From: Bacteroidaceae bacterium
GTDB taxonomy: Bacteria; Bacteroidota; Bacteroidia; Bacteroidales; Bacteroidaceae
NCBI GenBank assembly: GCA_045636125.1
Contig: JAZTWX010000001.1
Span: 294-64,293, forward strand
Direction of reading: 5' to 3'
DNA length: 64,000 bases
The translations under genes and the position numbers were made by a program. The stretch's first letter is position 1; each line of letters begins with the position of its first letter. Shown here in pieces: positions 56,228-64,000 of this stretch. A model generated the notes under the pieces. The model made no database searches. It worked only from the letters and a program-made list of their open reading frames with translations, and was not told where the DNA came from.

Positions 56228-57844
56228 TTATTTCTTTTCGGGTACCTGCGGAAAGGCTTTTCCGGCCTCAAGAACCTCCACGGCACGCAGCACAGTGGGG
56301 TCGCTGAGGTTAATGTATTTTACATACTCCTGCATGCCCAGAATATTATATATAATGTGTGAATTTAGCGACTGTTGCAGTATTTCGCGCGTAGCGGCAA
56401 TCTTCTCTTTTGGCGCAGGCACTCCCTTGTCGGTTGCGTATGCAATGAATTTGTCTATAAGCGACAATTTTGCAATGTAGTCGGTCATAGCCTTGTGGAT
56501 CTTGAATTTTTCAAGTTCGTGACGATGTTCCTTGCAATATTTCATTGTGAACATTGCCGGCAGTCGCTTTGTGGTAACCGCCGAGTAGTAGGGGGTGAAA
56601 CGGGTGGTGTCGCTCGACACGAAAATGTCGGGCATAATGCCGCCTCCACCGTGAACGGTGCGTCCCATACTTGTCTGGTACACAAGAGTGTCGTTCTCGT
56701 GGATGCTGTCGCGCGAGAAGAACTCGCCACGCTCGTAGCGGTAAATTATATCTTTGGCATACTCGTCGTTCTCGCCTTTGGTATAGGGTTTCTGTATGCA
56801 ACGCCCCGACGGAGTATAGTAGCGCGCAATTGTGAGGCGCACAGCCGAACCGTCGCTGAATTCGTGGGGCTGCTGCACAAGGCCTTTGCCGAAAGTGCGG
56901 CGGCCGATGATTGTTCCGCGGTCGTTGTCCTGTATTGCACCCGCAAGAATTTCGCTTGCCGACGCTGATGTCTCGTCGGTGAGGATGACAAGAGGTATGT
57001 TGGGGAAATTGCCGCGACCGTTGGCGCGTTCAATGCTACGCGGTGAGTTTACTCCCTCGGTGTACACGATAATGTCGCCTTTGTGCAGGAATTCATTGGC
57101 CATTTGGATGGCAACGCCCATGTAGCCGCCACCGTTCCCGCGTACATCTATTATAAGTCCACGGCAGCCTGTCTGCAGGAATTTTGCAAGTGAGATAATG
57201 AATTCGGCAAAGGTCTTTTCGGCAAAGCGCTCTACTTGAATGTATCCCCATTTGCCATCGATGAGATAGGCCGCTTCGATACTCTCCATAGGGATGTCGC
57301 CGCGTACAATATTGAAGTGCAGAAGGTCCTTTTCGCCGTAACGCTTGACACTCACCTTTACAGTGGTGCCTTTGGGGCCCTTGAGCTTTTTCATAGCATT
57401 GTCGTTGGTGCACACTTCGCCCACAAAGAGCGTGTCGTTCACCTTTACAATGCAGTCGCCTGCCATAAGACCAATTTGCTCCGATGGCCCACCCCTGATA
57501 ACATCGGTAATATTCACCGTGTCATCTTGAATGACAAACCTTATTCCAATGCCGCTGAAACTGCTCGCAAGGTCGGCATTTGTGGCCTCCATCTCGTCGG
57601 CAGGGATGTAACGGCTGTGCGGGTCGAGACCGTTGAGAATTTTGGGCATCGTCTCCTCTATAATTTCGTCGACATTGAGCGAGTCGACATAATTATAGCG
57701 CATAAGCTGCATAAGCTCGTCTATTTTGCTGGCCCCGCCTTGCGATATTATGACTGTCTTTTGCCCGCCCGAAGCGATGCATATTCCCGCCAACATACCT
57801 ATGAGAGTGAAAAGAACGAGCAGTGTGGGAAGAAATTTCTTCAT
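56228..57844 (-). CDS. ctpA: S41 family C-terminal processing peptidase
   Basis: 538 aa. It has a PDZ domain (GGPSEQIGLMAGDCIVKVN), the catalytic block TDETSASASEILAGAIQDNDRGTIIGRRTFGKG, and an N-terminal TM anchor. Confidence 0.92.
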   Translation of the reverse strand: MKKFLPTLLVLFTLIGMLAGICIASGGQKTVIISQGGASKIDELMQLMRYNYVDSLNVDEIIEETMPKILNGLDPHSRYIPADEMEATNADLASSFSGIGIRFVIQDDTVNITDVIRGGPSEQIGLMAGDCIVKVNDTLFVGEVCTNDNAMKKLKGPKGTTVKVSVKRYGEKDLLHFNIVRGDIPMESIEAAYLIDGKWGYIQVERFAEKTFAEFIISLAKFLQTGCRGLIIDVRGNGGGYMGVAIQMANEFLHKGDIIVYTEGVNSPRSIERANGRGNFPNIPLVILTDETSASASEILAGAIQDNDRGTIIGRRTFGKGLVQQPHEFSDGSAVRLTIARYYTPSGRCIQKPYTKGENDEYAKDIIYRYERGEFFSRDSIHENDTLVYQTSMGRTVHGGGGIMPDIFVSSDTTRFTPYYSAVTTKRLPAMFTMKYCKEHRHELEKFKIHKAMTDYIAKLSLIDKFIAYATDKGVPAPKEKIAATREILQQSLNSHIIYNILGMQEYVKYINLSDPTVLRAVEVLEAGKAFPQVPEKK

Positions 57845-57850
57845 AATGAA

Positions 57851-58285
57851 TTACTCTTCGTCAAATTCAATGTGAACGGTTTCAACCCCGGCTCTTTTCA
57901 AGAGGTCGATGCCGTCGGTTACACGGTAGAGGTTCGAGAACACGACACGTTTTATTCCTGCCTGAATGATGAGTTTTGAACACTCGATGCAGGGAGAGGT
58001 TGTAACGTAGAGTGTAGCACCCTCGCTATTGTTGCCCGAGCGTGCTATTTTTGTGATTGCGTTGGCTTCGGCGTGCAGGACATAGGGCTTTGTGAGGCCA
58101 TCCTCGTCCTCGCAAATGTTTTCAAAACCTGCGGGTGTTCCGTTGTAGCCGTCCGAAATAATCATTTTGTCCTTTACTATCAATGCACCCACTTTACGGC
58201 GCTGGCAATATGAGTTCTCGGCCCATATTCTTGCCATACGCATATATCTCATATCCAAATCCCTCTGTTTTTTGTCGTTTTCCAT
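57851..58285 (-). CDS. comEB: dCMP deaminase (ComEB-type)
   Basis: 144 aa. HAEANAI and PCIECSK are cytidine/deoxycytidylate deaminase zinc motifs. Confidence 0.9.
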   Translation of the reverse strand: MENDKKQRDLDMRYMRMARIWAENSYCQRRKVGALIVKDKMIISDGYNGTPAGFENICEDEDGLTKPYVLHAEANAITKIARSGNNSEGATLYVTTSPCIECSKLIIQAGIKRVVFSNLYRVTDGIDLLKRAGVETVHIEFDEE

Positions 58286-58291
58286 AGCTTT

Positions 58292-58726
58292 TTATCGATT
58301 ATATAATTGAATGTACTCTTTATTGCGTAATTTGTTTATTTTCAAATAATGCGAGTCGCCCTCGTACGATTTTGCATTCTGCAGAATATCGTAGACAAGC
58401 GAGGCGATTGCATCGGTTGCAATGTTGTCGGTAACCATAATGTTGCTGCAACGGAACTCGCGCGAGCTTGCCCCTGCCTCCCAATTGCCGCCGATGATTG
58501 CTCCGCCGGGGGTGACGATGCGGAAGGTGGTGTCGTAAAAGGTGAATTTGTATTCTCCCTTTTCGGGCACCTCGCGTGTTGTGCCGTTCTGCACGAACGA
58601 CAATTTCCAGTTATTGCCCACGAAAATTTCATCGAGGTCGTCCTCCTTGCTGCACGCCGCAAACAACAGAGTGAATGTGGCGAGAGTAAAAAGGCGCACA
58701 ATGTTTTTAAGCGCAGTTCTTTCCAT
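58292..58726 (-). CDS. small lipoprotein, unknown function
   Basis: MERTALKNIVRLFTLATFTLLFAACSKEDD carries a lipobox. ATG 58726 is preferred over the track's TTG at 58744. Confidence 0.55.
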   Translation of the reverse strand: MERTALKNIVRLFTLATFTLLFAACSKEDDLDEIFVGNNWKLSFVQNGTTREVPEKGEYKFTFYDTTFRIVTPGGAIIGGNWEAGASSREFRCSNIMVTDNIATDAIASLVYDILQNAKSYEGDSHYLKINKLRNKEYIQLYNR

Positions 58727-58728
58727 AA

Positions 58729-60804
58729 TTAAAAATGCGGACAAATAGTTTTTATTCCGTCGCGTTCAAGCAGGGGTTCAAGCTGCGGACGGTGTCCCCT
58801 GAAACGCATATAAAGTTCCATAGGATGCTCGGTGTCACCTTTTGAAAGGATATTGTCGCGGAACGATTGTGCAACTTTCATATTCAACACTCCCTCTTCC
58901 TTGAAGCGCGAGAAGGCATCGGCATCGAGCATTTCGGCCCATTTGTAACTGTAATATCCGGCAGAATATCCGCCCGACATTATGTGACTGAACTGCGGAG
59001 TAATGCCCGTCTCCTCAATTGTGGGCAACAATGCAAGCGCGGCGGTGGATGCGTGCTCGTAAGCAAGCACATCTCCCTCGAAAGGTTGTGAAATATTGTG
59101 CCAAGCCTGGTCGGTGAGTCCCAACCTTACTTGTCTTATACATTGGTAGGCTGCATTGAAATTGCGTGCAGCGATAATCTTTTCGAGAATATCCTGCGGT
59201 ATGGTTTCACCTGTTTCGTGGTGGAAAGCAAAGGCTTTGAGGAACTCCTCTTCCACGGCAAAATTCTCCATTATCTGCGATGGCATTTCTACAAAATCCC
59301 ATAATACATTAGGGCTGCAAAGGCTGGCGTATGTAACATTTGAGAGTATACCGTGCAGGCAGTGACCGAACTCATGCAACAGAGTATTCATCTCGTCGAA
59401 ATTGAGCAAGGTGGGCTTGCCCGGCAAGGGCTTGCGGTAGTTGGTCGAGAGTGTCACGTGCGGGCGATGGTCGGTGCCGTCGCTGTCGCGGTACTGCATT
59501 TTGAGAGAGTCCATCCAGGCGCCGGCGTGCTTGCCCTTGCGTGCATAGAAATCGCAGTAGAGCAGTGCAAGGTATGTGCCGTCGTAATCGTACACCTCCC
59601 ACACTTTAACATCGGGGTTGAAGGTGGGGATATTGTGGTTCTGCTTGAATGTGATGCCGTAGAGACGGGTAGCAAGATAGAATGCGCCGTAAATCACATG
59701 GTCCAGATTAAAATAGGGGCGCACAGTCTCGTCGCTCAAGCTATATTTTTTCTCTTTGAGTTTTTCGGAGTAGAAAGCAAAATCCCAGGGCTGAAATTCA
59801 AAATTCTCCCCCTCGAGCTCTGCCGCAAAGGCTTTAACCGCATCCACATCGGCGCGTCCGGCGGGCAGGTAACTCCATGTGAGCTTGCCGAGCATTGAAA
59901 ACACGGCATCGGTTGTCTGCGCCATACGGTCGGCAAGCACATAGTCGCTGTATGTGTTGTAACCGAGCAGACGGGCTAGCTGCAGGCGGGTGTTTACTAT
60001 CTCCTTTACAATTTCGCGGTTGTCGTGCGCGTTGCCCTTTGAACCTATTGTATTATAGGCCATAAACATTTGTCGGCGCAATTCGCGGTCGCGGCAGAAT
60101 GTGATGAAAGGTAGATAGCTCGGGCGGTGCAAGGTAAAAATCCACCCGCTCTTGTCGCTCTCTTTTGCAGCTTTTTCAGCCGACTCGATGAGGTCGGCAG
60201 GGAGGCCTTCAAGGCTGGCTGCATCGGTTACGTGCAGGGTATACGCATCGGTGTCTTTTATTATATTCTCCTGGAATTTGAGCGAGAGGGTTGTAAGTTT
60301 CTTGCTCAGGGCGCGATACTCGTCGCGACCTTCTGCAGGGAGGTTGGCACCCGAACGTACAAAGCTTGTATATATCTCTTCCACCAAACGTTTGTCCTCG
60401 GTTGAGTGAGAGGCTGGCAAGGTTTCGCGCACGGCCTTTATGCGGGCAAAAAGCTCCTCGTTCAGGCTTATATCGTTGCGGTGCTCGGTGTATAGTTGCT
60501 GAATTTCTTCCTCCACCGCCACAATTTCGTCGTAGCTGTGCGAATATATCAAAGCGTTGAACGCGCACAGAACCTCTCCCAGCATTGTTCCGCCACGCTC
60601 ATAGACCAAAATGGTGTTTTCGAATGTGGGCACAGAGCTGTCGGCACAGATTGCTGCAATATTCTCTTTTTCTCTTTTTATACCCTCCTTTACGGCGGGG
60701 ATAAAATGTTCGAGTGCAATACGGTCATAAGGAATTGCATCGAACGGTGTTCCGTAGGGCTCAAAGAAGGGGTTCTTCCCGATTGTATTTTTATTATTGC
60801 TCAT
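58729..60804 (-). CDS. M3 family metallopeptidase (Dcp/oligopeptidase A-like), cytoplasmic form
   Basis: 691 aa. It has HEFGHCLHG and no signal peptide (MSNNKNTIGKNPFFEPYG...). It is a paralogue of 19305-21380. Confidence 0.88.
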   Translation of the reverse strand: MSNNKNTIGKNPFFEPYGTPFDAIPYDRIALEHFIPAVKEGIKREKENIAAICADSSVPTFENTILVYERGGTMLGEVLCAFNALIYSHSYDEIVAVEEEIQQLYTEHRNDISLNEELFARIKAVRETLPASHSTEDKRLVEEIYTSFVRSGANLPAEGRDEYRALSKKLTTLSLKFQENIIKDTDAYTLHVTDAASLEGLPADLIESAEKAAKESDKSGWIFTLHRPSYLPFITFCRDRELRRQMFMAYNTIGSKGNAHDNREIVKEIVNTRLQLARLLGYNTYSDYVLADRMAQTTDAVFSMLGKLTWSYLPAGRADVDAVKAFAAELEGENFEFQPWDFAFYSEKLKEKKYSLSDETVRPYFNLDHVIYGAFYLATRLYGITFKQNHNIPTFNPDVKVWEVYDYDGTYLALLYCDFYARKGKHAGAWMDSLKMQYRDSDGTDHRPHVTLSTNYRKPLPGKPTLLNFDEMNTLLHEFGHCLHGILSNVTYASLCSPNVLWDFVEMPSQIMENFAVEEEFLKAFAFHHETGETIPQDILEKIIAARNFNAAYQCIRQVRLGLTDQAWHNISQPFEGDVLAYEHASTAALALLPTIEETGITPQFSHIMSGGYSAGYYSYKWAEMLDADAFSRFKEEGVLNMKVAQSFRDNILSKGDTEHPMELYMRFRGHRPQLEPLLERDGIKTICPHF

Positions 60805-60941
60805 ATAGTTCGTAGGATTTTGAATATTTTGCGAAGATAATTATTTCCTTTTGCATTGCCGCTTTACGCAAGCATAATATTTATTAAATATTTATTTTAA
60901 TAGTAAAACAAACGGGAGGAGTATACTGTTCGCCAACAAGT

Positions 60942-60975
60942 AAAAAAAAAGAGGCCGCGTTCAAACGCAGCCTCT
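60942..60975 (-). terminator. rho-independent terminator after nagA
   Basis: On the minus strand: gaggctgcg-tttgaa-cgcggcctc (60951-60974), followed by TTTTTTTTT. Confidence 0.85.
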
Positions 60976-60998
60976 CAGGTATTTCAATAACAGGTTGA

Positions 60999-62162
60999 TT
61001 ACAGAGTGTATGTGCCCTCAACAAGTTTACCCATTGCCCAAACGGCGCGGATGTTCAAAGCCTCGTCGAGAATCATAATGTCGGCATCCTTGTCCTTTTG
61101 CAAAGAACCCTTGCGGTCGTAAACGCCCATAATCTTAGAGGGTGTCTCCGAAGCCATACGGATAGCATCTTCCAAAGGAATTTCAGCCTTCTGGACCAAT
61201 GTGCGGATGAGACGGTCCATTGTTGCAACGCTACCTGCAAGAGCTGTGCGGTCGGCAAGTTTACAAACACCGTCCTCGATGATTACGCGGGGGTCGAATG
61301 CTGTGTTGCTGTCGCTGGCTGCACAGGCAAGAGCGTCGGTGATTACACAAGCACGCTCAACACCCTTTATGCGATGAACAAGACGCAGGATTGTGGGAGG
61401 AACGTGGATGCCGTCGGCAACAACCTCCACGGTCATATCCTCGTGCAAGTAGATACTCTCTACCGTACCCTCGTATTTATACTCGCGGCGTTTGTGGAAA
61501 CCGGGCATTGCGTTGTAGAAGTGTGTTGCGTGGGTATAACCATTCTGGTATGCAACGTGAATATCGTCATACTCGGCCTGTGTGTGTGCAACCGAGGCAA
61601 GAATTCCTTTTGATGTAATGTATTTACCGAACTGCATTGCACCGGGGAGCTCGGGAGCTGCGTCCCAACGCTTGATGCAGTTCCATTTTTCAACCAAGGG
61701 GATGTACTCTTTAGGATCGGGGTCTTTGATATTCTCGGGCAACTGACCACCGGCCATTGCCATATTGAGATAGTGACCTTCCAAGTGCAAACCGAGCACG
61801 GGGCTGTCAGGCTCGGCCATCAACTTTGTACAAGTTTCGGCAGCAGCCTCAATCATAGGAACGGTTGAAGATGAAAGGGTGGGGAAGATACTTGTTGTAC
61901 CGTGCTTCATATGAGCGTTCACCGCTGTTCTGAAAGCCTCTTCGGTACCCTCCATAAAGTCGGCACCGCCACCACCGTGAATGTGAATTTCCACACCACC
62001 GGGAACAACATACATTCCCTTGGCATCAACCACTTCGGCACCAATTACTGCAAGGTCGCAGTTGGTAACCTCCAAAATCTTGTTGTCTCTGATAATTACA
62101 GAACCATCCTTCAACCATCCTTGGGGAGTAAGGATTTTCGCATTGATAATTTGCGTCAGCAT
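60999..62162 (-). CDS. nagA: N-acetylglucosamine-6-phosphate deacetylase
   Basis: 387 aa. GGVEIHIHGGGGADFM, THFYNAM and the amidohydrolase fold are present. Confidence 0.9.
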   Translation of the reverse strand: MLTQIINAKILTPQGWLKDGSVIIRDNKILEVTNCDLAVIGAEVVDAKGMYVVPGGVEIHIHGGGGADFMEGTEEAFRTAVNAHMKHGTTSIFPTLSSSTVPMIEAAAETCTKLMAEPDSPVLGLHLEGHYLNMAMAGGQLPENIKDPDPKEYIPLVEKWNCIKRWDAAPELPGAMQFGKYITSKGILASVAHTQAEYDDIHVAYQNGYTHATHFYNAMPGFHKRREYKYEGTVESIYLHEDMTVEVVADGIHVPPTILRLVHRIKGVERACVITDALACAASDSNTAFDPRVIIEDGVCKLADRTALAGSVATMDRLIRTLVQKAEIPLEDAIRMASETPSKIMGVYDRKGSLQKDKDADIMILDEALNIRAVWAMGKLVEGTYTL

Positions 62163-62574
62163 AATATTTGTGTGTTAAGTAAGTTTTTTCAAGCACAAAG
62201 CCCCTTACGCGGCATTGCAATTACAAAGTTATCTAAAATTAATTGTCTTTGAAAAACTTTTTGCAAAAAATATTACGAAAAAAATGCGCTATGCGGCAGA
62301 TATCGCATTATGCGGTAATGATTGAGCAGAACATTCTTTCACCGAAATTCAAAAATTTGCCACAAATAAAAACATTTTGTAAAGAAAGAACTTGAATTTA
62401 CTTACATTTTGTAACAGCTTTCAAAAAATCCGATTTCTGCAAAAGCGGGTGGTTTTTCGAGTAAAAATCAAAAATGAGATAAAAATTTTTAGAAAAGTGC
62501 TTAAAATCGCTTCCAAAATTAAAATTACGACGTGCTTTTCCTTGCATTTCTTTTGAAAATAGACGACGTAAGGA

Positions 62575-62582
62575 TATTTTTG
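62575..62582 (+). promoter_or_regulatory. TAnnTTTG -7 motif upstream of glnN
   Basis: TATTTTTG lies about 72 nt upstream of ATG 62654. Confidence 0.4.
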
Positions 62583-62653
62583 CAAAAATTTTTATTTTTT
62601 ACAAAAAGCAAGCATTTGCACATTATTCTACAGTAAACAAAAAACACTACAAT

Positions 62654-64000
62654 ATGTCAAAGCTCAGATTCGAAGTTATAACAGCCGCTTTTGGCAAGAA
62701 AGCCGTGGAGGTGCCCAACAAAGAGGAACGTCCATCAAATTACTACGGTATAAACGTATTCAACCGCGAAAAGATGTACAAATATCTCCCCAAAGAGGTG
62801 TACACAAGCCTTACCAACGTTATTGACAACGGCTCTACGTTCGACAGCTCGCTTGCCGACATTGTTGCCGAGGGAATGAAGCGCTGGGCAATAGAGAACG
62901 GTGCGACACATTATACCCACTGGTTCCACCCGCTCACCGAGACAACTGCCGAAAAGCACGACGCCTTCATTGAGCACGACAGCAAGGGTGGTGTGCTCGA
63001 AGAGTTTTCGGGCAAGCTGCTTGTGCAGCAGGAACCCGATGCTTCGTCGTTCCCCAACGGTGGTATACGCAGTACATTCGAGGCACGCGGTTACAGCGCC
63101 TGGGACCCCACCTCGCCTGCGTTCCTCATTGGCAACACATTGTGCATCCCCACTGTATTTATATCGTATACGGGCGAGGCGCTCGACTACAAAGCTCCCT
63201 TGCTTAAATCTCTGCGCGCAGTGGACAAAGCTGCAACCGAGGTGTGCCGTTATTTCGACAAGAATGTAAAAAAGGTTACCACATACCTCGGTTGGGAACA
63301 GGAGTATTTTCTCGTCGACGAGGGTATGTTGCTTGCCCGCCCCGACCTCTTGCTCACCGGCCGCACCCTTATGGGACACGACAGCGCAAAAAACCAACAG
63401 CTCGAGGACCACTATTTCGGTTCAATCCCCGCGCGTGTGGCTGCATTTATGAAAGAGCTGGAAATTGAGGCTATAAAGCTGGGAATACCGGCAAAGACCT
63501 GCCACAACGAGGCTGCGCCCAACCAGTTTGAGCTTGCACCCATATATGAAGAGTGCAACCTTGCCGTTGACCACAATATGCTCATAATGGCACTTATGAA
63601 GGATGTTGCCCGCCGCCACGGCTTCCGCGTACTGTTGCACGAAAAGCCCTTCAAGGGGATAAACGGTTCGGGCAAACACAACAACTGGTCGCTTGGTACC
63701 GACACTGGCACACAGCTTATGGCACCGGGAAAAACCGACAAGGACAACCTGCGTTTCATTACATTCGTGGTGAACACCCTTGCTGCAATCTATCGCCACA
63801 ACGGTCTTTTGAAAGCCAGCATAATGTCGGCTGCCAACTCGCATCGTTTGGGTGCAGCCGAGGCGCCTCCCGCCATTATTTCGAGTTTCTTGGGTTCGCA
63901 CCTCTCTTCTATTCTCGACCATATGGAAACAACCGACGATGTTGTGAAAATATTGAGCAAAAAGGAGTTGCGCCTAAATATTCCCGCGCTCCCCGAGCTT
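62654..64000 (+). CDS. glnN: type III glutamine synthetase, N-terminal 449 codons (3' end outside the window)
   Basis: Hand-translated; it is absent from the ORF track because no stop is reached. MSKLRFEVITAAFGKKAVEVPNKEERPSNYYGINVFNREKMYKYLPKEVY...ATHYTHWFHPLT...CHNEAAPNQFELAPIYEE...KPFKGINGSGKHNNWS is GlnN-like. The frame is open to the last base. Confidence 0.9.
   Translation, partial: MSKLRFEVITAAFGKKAVEVPNKEERPSNYYGINVFNREKMYKYLPKEVYTSLTNVIDNGSTFDSSLADIVAEGMKRWAIENGATHYTHWFHPLTETTAEKHDAFIEHDSKGGVLEEFSGKLLVQQEPDASSFPNGGIRSTFEARGYSAWDPTSPAFLIGNTLCIPTVFISYTGEALDYKAPLLKSLRAVDKAATEVCRYFDKNVKKVTTYLGWEQEYFLVDEGMLLARPDLLLTGRTLMGHDSAKNQQLEDHYFGSIPARVAAFMKELEIEAIKLGIPAKTCHNEAAPNQFELAPIYEECNLAVDHNMLIMALMKDVARRHGFRVLLHEKPFKGINGSGKHNNWSLGTDTGTQLMAPGKTDKDNLRFITFVVNTLAAIYRHNGLLKASIMSAANSHRLGAAEAPPAIISSFLGSHLSSILDHMETTDDVVKILSKKELRLNIPALPEL

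Noticed and set aside
62735-63922. Minus-strand ORFs 62735-63412, 63412-63777 and 63422-63922 listed in the track.
   Set aside because: They are antisense to a clear type III glutamine synthetase reading frame (62654 to the window end). The track omits that frame only because it lacks a stop inside the window.
1-64000. A scan for a defence island, prophage, conjugative element, toxin-antitoxin pair, DGR/retron or biosynthetic gene cluster.
   Set aside because: No integrase, transposase, reverse transcriptase, nuclease/helicase defence signatures, phage structural genes or NRPS/PKS-like genes were seen. Every large ORF has a plausible housekeeping or envelope assignment.

Overview
This 64-kb window looks like a Bacteroidota (Bacteroidales-type) chromosome. 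Supporting signs are Bacteroidota gene order, many TAnnTTTG -7 promoter motifs, absence of Shine-Dalgarno sites, and extended L17 and S16 tails. It is densely coding and almost entirely housekeeping. In order it contains: the distal spc/alpha ribosomal-protein cluster (rplF to rplQ, with secY, map, infA, rpoA); the Na+-NQR operon nqrABCDEF; a GT2 glycosyltransferase; a 1.2-kb gene-free gap holding a tandem repeat; tRNA-Arg(ACG); a patatin/Omp85 protein; a small wHTH gene; a C_GCAxxG_C_C gene; an M3 peptidase; a yhhQ + radical-SAM pair; an inverted-repeat element; tRNA-Ala(GGC); ettA; aminotransferase-paaK-ACT; a GH20 hexosaminidase; AsmA; lepA; ftsY; rimO; two HU-like genes; the complete moxR-DUF58-orf3-batABCDE aerotolerance operon; proX; an M16 peptidase; an OMP/lipoprotein cluster; rpsP; tlpA-ctp-comEB; a second M3 peptidase; nagA; and the 5' part of type III glutamine synthetase, which is missing from the ORF track because it runs off the window. 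I saw no CRISPR array, integrase, transposase, prophage, toxin-antitoxin or recognisable defence system. The most unexplained signal is a tandem pair of ~345-nt non-coding modules (14781-15541) whose predicted helices are kept by compensatory changes, which suggests a duplicated structured RNA. Secondary oddities are a rubrerythrin-type rubredoxin knuckle fused to NqrC, a radical-SAM gene translationally coupled to yhhQ (possible queuosine salvage), a membrane-spanning HU-LysM fusion, a probable S41 pseudo-peptidase lipoprotein, and a MITE-like hairpin element. All calls come from reading the sequence and translations; no searches were run.
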